A stretch of 48,849 nucleotides of DNA from Bacillota bacterium (GTDB taxonomy: Bacteria; Bacillota; Clostridia; Lachnospirales; Lachnospiraceae). The position numbers and the translations under genes were made by a program. Below are positions 9,815-18,976 of this stretch, piece by piece; position 1 is the first letter of the stretch, and each line of letters opens with the position of its first letter. Location of the stretch: positions 1 to 48,849 of the forward strand of contig JAEZLY010000141.1 in assembly GCA_023414985.1 (NCBI GenBank), written 5' to 3'. Under the pieces are notes generated by a model. That model saw nothing but the letters and a program-made list of their open reading frames with translations. It was not told the DNA's origin and made no database searches.

Positions 9815-10717
9815 TTAAGAAATCAGGACACCAAGGAATATTACCACAGTGTTCGTTCCCATAATAATCACAAAATTTTTGATCGCCATCAGGAAGGTAG
9901 AGGCTTTCTCCTGTTTGGCAAAGAAGGTGTTAATATTCTTCTGCACCGGGATGATCGAAATCAACGACAGCAGACAGATCGGTGAAAGAATCCCCAATAT
10001 CACCATCAGAATCGTCGCCAGATAAGTCATATAATATAAGCCGGCAAACAGAGTAAGCGCATTTCTTCCTATATAATACGGCAGGGTATGTCTCTTTACG
10101 ATAATATCCTTCTCCAGATCGCAGATATTATTGGCCAGCATGATGTTGGCCGTAGTACAAAAGGGTGCGACAGAGAATAGTAGCAGGGATAATAATGGAA
10201 CCACCTGCAAATTAAGGGATATTGTCGATAAATTAACATTCAAGGCTAAATAAGTACCTGCCGGCTGATTGATATAAAGCAACAGGAAGGGTATCAGCAG
10301 TCCGTAGAAGAGTCCGGACATCACTTCACCCAGAGGCATTCTTGAGATCGGTACAGGACCGTAAGTGTAAAATACTCCGCATAGGAAACAGAGCCCACCG
10401 ACCAGCAATACAACCAGATCTGTCTGAAATGCCAGCAATAATCCCAATAAGGTGCTGACCGCAAACAAGACATAGATAATGAGCAAAGCCGTCCTGCGTT
10501 TAAACTGCAGCGTCTGGTGATTATTCTTCGTATCGATATAATTATTGATTCCGGTAGTCGTCAGATCAAACAGGAACATCGATCCGAAGAATAATAATGT
10601 TAATCCCCAGTGTATCGGCTGCTTCTTAAGCAACAGAAAAGCAATTGTATAGGCAAAAGTAAAGGTACTGGTTATCTTCGTTCTGATTTCAACATAGTCC
10701 AGAAATCGTTTCACCAT
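9815..10717 (-). CDS. UbiA/MenA-family prenyltransferase (DmkA-like DHNA prenyltransferase)
   Basis: INNYID, YTYGP.PISR.PLGE and ANNICDLEKD motifs; multi-TM. Start at ATG 10717. Confidence 0.88.
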   Translation of the reverse strand: MVKRFLDYVEIRTKITSTFTFAYTIAFLLLKKQPIHWGLTLLFFGSMFLFDLTTTGINNYIDTKNNHQTLQFKRRTALLIIYVLFAVSTLLGLLLAFQTDLVVLLVGGLCFLCGVFYTYGPVPISRMPLGEVMSGLFYGLLIPFLLLYINQPAGTYLALNVNLSTISLNLQVVPLLSLLLFSVAPFCTTANIMLANNICDLEKDIIVKRHTLPYYIGRNALTLFAGLYYMTYLATILMVILGILSPICLLSLISIIPVQKNINTFFAKQEKASTFLMAIKNFVIIMGTNTVVIFLGVLIS

Positions 10718-10722
10718 GGATC

Positions 10723-11700
10723 TCACCTCTTACGCGCCGCTTTATTCAATACCAGCAGCAGCTTCTCCTTTTTACTTTCCGTTGCCGGAAGCTCGTCGAT
10801 AATCCGCTTAGCCTTATCGTAATACTTCTGCACCATTCCCCGGGTAAAATCCAGTCCTCCGGTCTTTGCTACAGCTTCATTAATTTCATTTCGGGAAATT
10901 CTTTTTTCTACTGCCTTTGTCTTAAAATCCACAAGCTTTGAAAAAGCATGAATTAACGGAAGGGTGATGACGCCCTGCTCGTAATCGGATTGGACAGGTT
11001 TGTGAGCATCCTCGATGGTATCCTCAAAATCGATGCAATCATCGGTTAATTGGAATATCATTCCGGTATAATAGCCCAACTGTCTGTACCGGTTAGCCTC
11101 TTTCTCAGAGCAGCCTGCGAAGATTGCTCCCGCAAAATAAGAGGCTTCAAATAAAGCAGCCGTCTTACCGGAAATAATCTTTAAATATCGATAGATAGAT
11201 AGATTGATATTTCCGTTGTTGATGTGCTGGTTCAATTCACCCAGGCAGAGTCTGCCGATATAATCCTGCAGGTCTAAGTACAGATAATCTTTCTTATTCT
11301 CAATGGAGCCCGCCATACGAAGTGCAACCGTCAGCAGATAGTCTCCGCAGATTACCGCGGTACGCTTTCCGTATTTCTTCTGGAGGGTCACTTCCCCACG
11401 CCGAAGCTCAGCATTATCGATAATATCGTCATGTACCAGAGTGGCAAGATGCAGGATCTCAATCGCAGCCGCAATCTTAATGGCATTCGGATGTACCATA
11501 CCGTTCTCATCCTCAGCACAATAGATTACCGAGAGAGCGCGGATGTATTTTCCTCTGGAGGAGATCAGATGCCTGGTAAATTCCCGGATGAGGAGCGGTG
11601 AATGATAGAGTGTCTTATCAACCTCTTTTTTCACCAGCTCCAAGGCATCCTCTGCAGGAACCAGCTCTGTTTTTATATCCTTTTTTATTTCATTAGTCAT
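10723..11700 (-). CDS. Polyprenyl diphosphate synthase (HepT/DmkB-like)
   Basis: GKYIR, first Asp-rich motif LVHDDIID, GKTAALF, second motif FQLTDDCID. Confidence 0.92.
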   Translation of the reverse strand: MTNEIKKDIKTELVPAEDALELVKKEVDKTLYHSPLLIREFTRHLISSRGKYIRALSVIYCAEDENGMVHPNAIKIAAAIEILHLATLVHDDIIDNAELRRGEVTLQKKYGKRTAVICGDYLLTVALRMAGSIENKKDYLYLDLQDYIGRLCLGELNQHINNGNINLSIYRYLKIISGKTAALFEASYFAGAIFAGCSEKEANRYRQLGYYTGMIFQLTDDCIDFEDTIEDAHKPVQSDYEQGVITLPLIHAFSKLVDFKTKAVEKRISRNEINEAVAKTGGLDFTRGMVQKYYDKAKRIIDELPATESKKEKLLLVLNKAARKR

Positions 11701-13777
11701 TATAAATATACCACTTTCTGACGAACGGGAGCTTCTTCCACAGCTTCTTCAGACCGGGATATGCGTAATAATCAAGTCCTAAGGATCTGCCTGCGCCAAT
11801 CAAGACAGCTATTCCGGCAAAGATCATCCAGAAGGTTCCAAGGTACAAGCCGGTAGTACATACGAACATAAACTGCAGTACCAGGGAAACAGCTGCTGCA
11901 GGAGCTGTAAATAATCCTCCCATCAGTGCCAATCCGATTAATATTTCAGCTACAACAATAAAGATCTGCATGAACATCTGAACACCCTCATAGGGTAAAA
12001 TCAAATGATTTACGAACCAGTTCATCGCCGGGATATCCAAACGGAACGCATAGTCGCTGATGGTAGAATTAGCAAGCTGCTTACCGCTGACGAAGATGAA
12101 TCTGATCAATCCAAGGATGTCAAAATTAAAGATTACATGACCGATAGACTGTGCTGCAGCATTCGCTGTATCTGCCGCACCCTCTGCAGGAGTCGCTGAA
12201 GAAGCTGCATCTGCTGCCAAAGGAATTGCTTTCGCTACATGGGTCGCTACAACTGTTACAACCTTGTTCAGTGTATCCACTGCTGCAGTAGTTGCTGAGG
12301 ATACAGCATCCGGATTAGCGTTATTCTGTGCTGCGGGATAAAGGATACTGTTATACCAGGCATTTGCTCCGCCGAAGAAGCCCTCCAGCTTCGGTCCCTT
12401 GAACCAGCCTTCTACAATCTTCATCACACCTTCGAATACCCATACGGCACCAAGCCATACTCGGAGCGGTACCAACAGGAAGCTCGGTGTACGGTTGGAG
12501 AAATGTCCACCGACAAAGCTCCTACAATTACGGATTGTGAAGAACTCATGCTTCATATAATGGAATATCTTATTCCAGCCAAGTACCTGAATAAAATAAA
12601 TGATATTAATGAAATGCTTTGCAAACATCGCGAGGAAGGACGGCATACTGAAGAAATGATTCGGTAAGCCTACATGGCACACACCATAGCGTCCGCCGAT
12701 ACATACCATAACTCCGTGGAAGGCCGGTTTATACTGCTCCATCTTTCCGCTGCCCAGAATCGCACAAGCCAGATTATGCGCTGCCACGTCGGCACTCTGC
12801 TCGCAGTTCTCAACCATCTGAGGAACGGGACGCTCCTCACCCTCAGCGATGAAATACATATTATCACCGATGACATAGACATTTTCCGCTTTGGTGGAAC
12901 GAAGATAGGAATCCACCTGAACTCGACCGCCTCGGGTTACTTCTAAAGTATCTCCAGTTTTTTGGACTATATCATTACTCTGGATTCCGGCTGCCCAGAT
13001 GATCGTTCCGACCTTATTCTTCATGATCTTGTCATTCTGCTTCAGCTCAATGGAATCAGGCTCTATCTTTGTTACGACTGCATTCATGATCAGGCTGACG
13101 CCCATTTTCTCAAGGCGTCTTGCTACCTTTGCAGACAGCTTCTCTGTCAGGTTCGGAATCGGACGGCTCAATCCGTCCACATTAACCATCGTAACTTCAT
13201 TTCGTTCAATGTCAAACTTCTCACACAGAATCGGAACGTATTCCGCCAATTCACCGATCATCTCAACACCGGTAAAACCTGCACCTACTACATAGAAGGT
13301 CAGCAGTCTTCTTCTTTCCTCCCGATTCGTCTCTCGGGAAGCCTTGCGGAAGGTCTCATGAATATGTTCACGAAGTAATACTGCATCATCATAGGACCAC
13401 AGCTTGAAGGTAAATTCCTCAGCTCCCGGAACTCCGTAGAAGGTAGGCTTTGAACCTGCGGATAACACGAGATACTCATAAGGATAGGTCTCATTTTCCC
13501 CGATTACGGTACGTTTCTCAAAATCGATGGAAGTCACCGTATCCAGCTTCACGTTCACCTTACGGCCCGCAAATACCTTCTTCAAACTGATCTTGATGCT
13601 GTCCTCATCCACACGGTTCGCTGCAACTTCATGAAGCTCAGTAAGCATGGTGTGGAATGGGTTCTTGTCAATGATGGTAATGCTGATATCATCCCGCTTT
13701 TTGAACTTCTTTGCCAATTTCTTCGCCGTCAGTATTCCGGCATAACCTGCACCTACAATAACTATTCTCTTTTCCAT
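11693..13777 (-). CDS. Type II NADH dehydrogenase with C-terminal DoxX-like membrane domain (EET Ndh2-like)
   Basis: Two Rossmann motifs (GAGYAG, GAGFTGVE) and VIGD; C-terminal TM region LVPLRVWLG..W..EG and EILIGLAL.GGLFT. Confidence 0.88.
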   Translation of the reverse strand: MEKRIVIVGAGYAGILTAKKLAKKFKKRDDISITIIDKNPFHTMLTELHEVAANRVDEDSIKISLKKVFAGRKVNVKLDTVTSIDFEKRTVIGENETYPYEYLVLSAGSKPTFYGVPGAEEFTFKLWSYDDAVLLREHIHETFRKASRETNREERRRLLTFYVVGAGFTGVEMIGELAEYVPILCEKFDIERNEVTMVNVDGLSRPIPNLTEKLSAKVARRLEKMGVSLIMNAVVTKIEPDSIELKQNDKIMKNKVGTIIWAAGIQSNDIVQKTGDTLEVTRGGRVQVDSYLRSTKAENVYVIGDNMYFIAEGEERPVPQMVENCEQSADVAAHNLACAILGSGKMEQYKPAFHGVMVCIGGRYGVCHVGLPNHFFSMPSFLAMFAKHFINIIYFIQVLGWNKIFHYMKHEFFTIRNCRSFVGGHFSNRTPSFLLVPLRVWLGAVWVFEGVMKIVEGWFKGPKLEGFFGGANAWYNSILYPAAQNNANPDAVSSATTAAVDTLNKVVTVVATHVAKAIPLAADAASSATPAEGAADTANAAAQSIGHVIFNFDILGLIRFIFVSGKQLANSTISDYAFRLDIPAMNWFVNHLILPYEGVQMFMQIFIVVAEILIGLALMGGLFTAPAAAVSLVLQFMFVCTTGLYLGTFWMIFAGIAVLIGAGRSLGLDYYAYPGLKKLWKKLPFVRKWYIYND

Positions 13778-13869
13778 GTCTGCTCCTTACTGTAATTTAT
13801 CACGCGCACAAAAGCCTTCGTAAAAAGTACAAAATAATCATATTTTTTACGAAAACTTTCGTTTGCGAT

Positions 13870-13887
13870 TTGTTAACTTTATAACAA
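13870..13887. promoter_or_regulatory. Rex-type operator upstream of the ndh2 operon
   Basis: TTGTTAA-CTTT-ATAACAA, one mismatch from the clostridial Rex consensus TTGTTAANNNNTTAACAA. Confidence 0.7.
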
Positions 13888-14576
13888 ACTAATCCATAGC
13901 TTAATAGTAGCTTTTCTAGTGAAAAGTTACATTTAACGCTATTAGTATACCACGTATTCTTCATTTTGAAAACATTTTTTAAAAAAATAGTCAATATGGT
14001 TACTATTTCCCAGGAGACAGCCATCCCCTTGTGCATTTCCTATAAACCTGATAGGAATTATGTAACCTTTCTTGAAAAACCCGAAATATCTGTCATATAT
14101 GGTCGAGCACATTGCGGGTAACCCCTGGCCTTTTTCTACTATGTATATAACGACAAAAAGCAGGAAGCTGCATCTCCCCTGACGCAGCTTCCTTATCCGC
14201 TTCTATTCTATTCTTCTCCCCGGTGCTGCAGCAGGACAAAGTCATGAAATCCGACAAACATAAAGTCTGTCCGAATTCCCTGTTTCCTGCATATACCTCA
14301 GCCCCTTTACATATACGGTGTCTGTCTTTCCGCATACGATACACTATGTTACACAGTGCCCTATATATTAAGGCAAATCCATGCCCAATATATCTTAACC
14401 ATGCCGGTTCACCTGCTGCCGGCGAAAAAGCCTCTTTTATGGAGGTTTTCTGAAATTTTTGTTGATTTTTTATCTAAAATGTATCATTATTATTTCAAAA
14501 CGTTTGTTCTGTCATTGTTTTTCTATTATACAACAGGAATGGCAACGGACAGGACAAAAATTGCTGAGCTTGGAGT

Positions 14577-15476
14577 ATGGAACCTATGGACAATTATCTC
14601 TTGGAGATTATTAAGAATACAACAGAATATATTGAAAAGAATCTGCTGGAAGAGATTAATCTGGACAGCATCTCAGAGAATATCAATATCTCTAAATTCC
14701 ATCTGCTTCGCATCTGGAAGGGTGCCACCTCCACAGGATTGATGGAATATGTAAGACGAAGAAGAATTGCCCTATCTCTGACCGATCTTCTGAATGACAG
14801 GTACAGCATCGACTTCATCTCCGCGAAATACTCCTTCGGCAGTGAACGCACCTACAACAGAGTATTTAAAGATGAATATGGTATCACCCCGGCCAAATGG
14901 CGTCGTAATCCGACCCCTCTGAGTATCCTTGACCGCTTCAATGCAGACTTTATGAATATCGCAGGAGAAGGCTTGATTTTCTTCCATTCCGTCGTAGTCC
15001 TGCCTGCTTTTAAGCTTGCGGGAGTAGAGTACCGAGTCGGGATTGAGGATAATTTCAAAAACCAGACCGCGAACCGCCATGGCATCGATTTCTACTTTAA
15101 TCACGGACCCGAGATCTGCTTCCCGGAAGAAAAGGATTCCTATTACGGATTGACGACGGTTCCGGGCAGACGTTTCAGCTACACCCTGTACCAGCCTTCT
15201 CTCAAGGTGGATGATAACAGTATAGTTCCTCCCTATATGAAGGTTAAGCATATTAAGCCTCATAAGTACGGGGTTTTTAAATACATCGGTCTCCATCGTC
15301 CGGAGGATATCTCCTCAAAAACACTGGAATCCTTATGGAATTATGTTATTAACATATGGATGCCGACCATGGAATTCCGTCTGGAAGAAGACTTCCATTT
15401 TGAATTCATCAATTATGCCCGCTGCAATGCAAACTACTGTGAATGCGAGCTGTATTATCCGATCTCAACGTTATAA
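14577..15476 (+). CDS. AraC family regulator with GyrI-like effector domain
   Basis: N-terminal AraC HTH (EYIEKNL...YVRRRRI...FKDEYGITP); C-terminal CELYYPI end. Confidence 0.88.
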   Translation: MEPMDNYLLEIIKNTTEYIEKNLLEEINLDSISENINISKFHLLRIWKGATSTGLMEYVRRRRIALSLTDLLNDRYSIDFISAKYSFGSERTYNRVFKDEYGITPAKWRRNPTPLSILDRFNADFMNIAGEGLIFFHSVVVLPAFKLAGVEYRVGIEDNFKNQTANRHGIDFYFNHGPEICFPEEKDSYYGLTTVPGRRFSYTLYQPSLKVDDNSIVPPYMKVKHIKPHKYGVFKYIGLHRPEDISSKTLESLWNYVINIWMPTMEFRLEEDFHFEFINYARCNANYCECELYYPISTL

Positions 15477-15483
15477 TCATATA

Positions 15484-15580
15484 AAATGTCTGTTGCAAAT
15501 AAAGTGATATCGCCACGAAAGAGAAAGGGCTAGCTACCCCTTTCTCTTTCTATATCTATACTATGTTGCAACAGACATTT
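15484..15580. repeat. Nested inverted repeat between convergent genes (REP-like / bidirectional terminator)
   Basis: Perfect 15-bp arms AAATGTCTGTTGCAA/TTGCAACAGACATTT enclosing the hairpin GAAAGAGAAAGGG..CCCTTTCTCTTTC. Confidence 0.7.
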
Positions 15581-15589
15581 AGAAAACTT

Positions 15590-16165
15590 TTACTTGCTTC
15601 TCTCGAGTCTGATTTCTACAGCCTCGGCTGCGATCTTCTGCTGCTCCGCCATATGATTGAGGCTTTGCAGGATATCCTCCCGATAGATACGAAATAGCTG
15701 TACAAGCAAGTCATCCTTTTCCTCCTGCGACAGGAGTTCGAAGGCTGCCGACAGCATCCTGTCCGGCTTTTCACCCAGGTTCAGGAGCAGATTGCCCAAT
15801 TGACCTGTTTTTCCCGGCTGGGAGGACATCCCCTCTATCAGTTTAGGCAGCAGCTGAGTCAGTACCGAGTTATAATCAATCTCCTTCAGCTCCAGTTCTA
15901 ATTTTAGCATATCATACACCTCTCTTTCCGTATCCATAAATCGCAGAGTAGCTACCTGTACTCCTCTTAAGGCTTTCTCGAGTGCCTGGTTGATCATCGG
16001 CAAAAATCGTTCCTGATTGCGCAGTACCAGATGATAGCCCAGCGAATTCGTCACCTGATTCGGAATCAGCTTCATCAATCCTTTGGTGAAAGGTTTGGCC
16101 GGAAGAAAGCGTTGCGCCAGCTTTTCATAATCCACCTTATTCAGCTTTATCATAATTGTAAGCAT
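15590..16165 (-). CDS. Hypothetical protein with weak internal duplication
   Basis: 191-aa ORF filling the gap; IKLNKVDY...FLP is echoed by LELKEIDY...LLP. Confidence 0.65.
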   Translation of the reverse strand: MLTIMIKLNKVDYEKLAQRFLPAKPFTKGLMKLIPNQVTNSLGYHLVLRNQERFLPMINQALEKALRGVQVATLRFMDTEREVYDMLKLELELKEIDYNSVLTQLLPKLIEGMSSQPGKTGQLGNLLLNLGEKPDRMLSAAFELLSQEEKDDLLVQLFRIYREDILQSLNHMAEQQKIAAEAVEIRLERSK

Positions 16166-16493
16166 TCTCTTGCCTCATTTCCGAATCTTGATGATCCATC
16201 CTTTTCCTCAGCTATAAAAATATCCCATTTCTAACCTTATTATACCTGTAATACATTTCGAAGTACAGGTATAATTCAAAAGAAAACTGCCTCTACTCCC
16301 GGAATAAATCCCGGATAGATGGGCAGCGCGTCTTGGATTTTCATGATATGATATTAAATTTTCATTTTCTTGTCGTTATTTATCAAAAATATTGAAATTA
16401 TTGAATAGAAGTGATAAAATAAATACTAATATACCAGATGATAAACCTACTGCTGTCTGTTAGCGTAAAATCCTACTCCGGAAGGAAGATCAA

Positions 16494-17363
16494 ATGAAAG
16501 CCTTAAGCTCCAATAAATCTGCAATAGAAACCTGCATTAATAATAAATCCTTTTCCGTTGGCCATCTTTATTTTGAGGAAAAGACTCTGGACCTGCACAT
16601 CCATGACTGTTATGAGGTCTACTATTCCATATCCGGCGGAAAGCAGTTTCTAATTGATAATCGAACCTATCTCATCCAGCCGGGAGATCTCTTCTTTATC
16701 AATCAATATGAAAGCCACTACCTTTCCCAGATTGACCAGGCAGAGCATGAGCGGATCATTCTCTCCATCTATCCGGATTTTCTAAAGTCCCTGTCTACAG
16801 AACGGACAGAGCTTGATCACTGCTTCACCTATCGTGATCCGGGCTTTTCTCATCGGGTTTCCCTGGACAAAAGCAGCCAGCAGCGTTTTCTTTATTATAT
16901 TCATAAGATGACCAGCTTATCAGGTTATGCGGAAGATATCCTTGAGAAGCTTACTTTTACGGAGCTGATGGTGTTTTTGAATAAGGAATTCCTGTCCAGC
17001 CGGCACCAGGCAGATTTTATGGAAAATCCAAGCTTTCAATATGACAAACAGGTATATGATTTAATGGAATACATCAATGCCAATATCAACGCCCCGATTA
17101 CACTTCAGCAGCTGGCCGATACCTTCTTCCTCAGTAAATCCTTTATCTGTCGTATCTTCAAGCAGTCCACCGGAACGACAGTGAACAAGTATCTGACCGG
17201 CCGAAGAATCAGTATCGCCAAAGCTCTTCTGTCGGAAGGCGCCAGTGTCAATGATGTCTGTGAGCAGTGCGGCTTCATGGATTACAGCACCTTTCTCAAG
17301 GCCTTTACAAAAACAGTAGGCGTATCTCCGAAGAAATACGCCATGTATAATAATCATATTTAA
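16494..17363 (+). CDS. AraC family regulator with cupin sensor domain
   Basis: LHIHDCYEVY cupin motif; C-terminal HTH CGFMDYSTFLKAFTKTVGVSP. Confidence 0.92.
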   Translation: MKALSSNKSAIETCINNKSFSVGHLYFEEKTLDLHIHDCYEVYYSISGGKQFLIDNRTYLIQPGDLFFINQYESHYLSQIDQAEHERIILSIYPDFLKSLSTERTELDHCFTYRDPGFSHRVSLDKSSQQRFLYYIHKMTSLSGYAEDILEKLTFTELMVFLNKEFLSSRHQADFMENPSFQYDKQVYDLMEYINANINAPITLQQLADTFFLSKSFICRIFKQSTGTTVNKYLTGRRISIAKALLSEGASVNDVCEQCGFMDYSTFLKAFTKTVGVSPKKYAMYNNHI

Positions 17364-17382
17364 ATAGATGGTTCGTATCGGT

Positions 17383-18735
17383 CTAATCTTCGATACGGAC
17401 CGTTTTCTTTTTCCATCTTCCCGAGAAGAAAAACCACAGACAAAGAATAATCGTACACATTGTGGCGAAAGGAACTGCCGTCCCCACGCCCTTTAAACCA
17501 AGTCCGAAGGCATTGCTCAGCAGATATGCTGCCGGGATTCGGATCACAATGGAGGACAGGATGTTATTCACCAGTGAGAAGGTAGTATGCCCTGTCCCGA
17601 TAAAGAACCCGATAAAGCTGAAGGCAGCCGGAACCAGCAGGTAATCATAGGAAAATGCGTAAAGATATGGTACTCCGACTTTAATCAGCTCCGGATCCGC
17701 AGAGAACATCATCAGTACCTCTTCCGGGAAAAGTCTGGTCAGAACGAAAATTGTGATGGAGATCAGATAAGCGATTCCCATACCGGTCAGCATGGTCTTG
17801 ATTGCACGGTCCTCTCTCTCGGCACCGATATTCTGTGCCACCATGGCAGAGACTGCCGCATTCATTGCCAGTGCCGGCAGAATGGCAAAGCCGTTATATT
17901 TCCCGACAGCTCCTACGGCGGCAGATGCAGTCACACCGATATAATTAACAAGAGTAGTCATAAAGAGAAAGGACAGATTCGTGATAACATTCTGTATGGT
18001 CAGCGGGATCCCCAGCTTCAGAATACCCTCCAGATGTATTTTATCCATTCGAAAGGAACTGAGCTTAAAATCAAATACAAATCTTCTCTTCTTCAAATAC
18101 AGAATACACAGGATCATACTGAGTGCCTGTGAGATTACGGTTGCGACGGCTGCTCCCAATGCCCCCTGATGGAAACCTCCAACAAACAGCAGGTCAAGCA
18201 CTATATTTGTGAAACAGGCAATCGTAACAAAAATCAACGGGCTCTTACTGTCTCCCATCCCTCTCATGATGGCACTAAGTGCATTATATCCAAAGATAAA
18301 AACCGTTCCCAGAGCGGTTACCATTAGGTAGATGCTTGCTTCGGAAAAGGATTCCTCCGGGGTATGTATTACTTTCAGAATCGGATCCTTGAGCAGTAAC
18401 ATTAGTACTGTCATAACCAATGCAGCTGCAAGCAGGGAGGTTAGTAAGGTTCCGATGATCTTCTGAAGCTGTTTTGTCTTCTCTGCACCGACAGATTGTG
18501 CAATCATAATGGTACCACCGGTACTGATTCCAATTGCAACATTTAATAAAAGCATGGTTACCTGCCCGCCGATATTAACACCGGACATACTCGCCGTTCC
18601 GTTAAATTGGCCTACAATAACCATGTCAGCCACACTGTATAGTGTCTGAATCAGATTAGAGATGATAAATGGAATAGCAAAAGTGATGAGCTGTTTTGCT
18701 ACATTACCCTTTGCCAGGTTTTTCTGTTCGTACAT
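17383..18735 (-). CDS. MATE family efflux transporter
   Basis: FAIPFIISNLIQTLYSVADMVIVG, RGMGDSKSPL and NIVLDLLFV motifs; 12-TM pattern. Confidence 0.93.
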   Translation of the reverse strand: MYEQKNLAKGNVAKQLITFAIPFIISNLIQTLYSVADMVIVGQFNGTASMSGVNIGGQVTMLLLNVAIGISTGGTIMIAQSVGAEKTKQLQKIIGTLLTSLLAAALVMTVLMLLLKDPILKVIHTPEESFSEASIYLMVTALGTVFIFGYNALSAIMRGMGDSKSPLIFVTIACFTNIVLDLLFVGGFHQGALGAAVATVISQALSMILCILYLKKRRFVFDFKLSSFRMDKIHLEGILKLGIPLTIQNVITNLSFLFMTTLVNYIGVTASAAVGAVGKYNGFAILPALAMNAAVSAMVAQNIGAEREDRAIKTMLTGMGIAYLISITIFVLTRLFPEEVLMMFSADPELIKVGVPYLYAFSYDYLLVPAAFSFIGFFIGTGHTTFSLVNNILSSIVIRIPAAYLLSNAFGLGLKGVGTAVPFATMCTIILCLWFFFSGRWKKKTVRIED

Positions 18736-18854
18736 GTTTTCTTCCTTTTCTTTCTGTTTTATACCGCTAATGGAAATCGTTCCCTATCAGTATCTTAACT
18801 ATATATATCATACTTTCAGACAACCTTCAATCCTAATTCAACGATCTAAGGCGA

Positions 18855-18939
18855 CTCAGTAACTGTGTGACCTGTGTTATTGACATTTCCCCAAATTAAT
18901 GTTACGTTGGCATAGACCGGTGGATCACACAGTCCTGAG
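18855..18939 (+). promoter_or_regulatory. sigmaA promoter of the right-hand MATE gene, enclosed by inverted repeats
   Basis: TTGACA(18880)-N17-TACGTT(18903) with TGn extension; flanked by CTCAGtaACTGTGTGA and TCACACAGTcCTGAG. Confidence 0.6.
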
Positions 18940-18976
18940 GAGAGCGTATTTTATAATAGGATAAAGGGGATATCAT

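Noticed and set aside
13800..14570. Short ORFs in the ~800-bp gap between ndh2 and AraC
   Set aside because: They overlap each other, have no convincing RBS or family motifs, and are treated as regulatory DNA.
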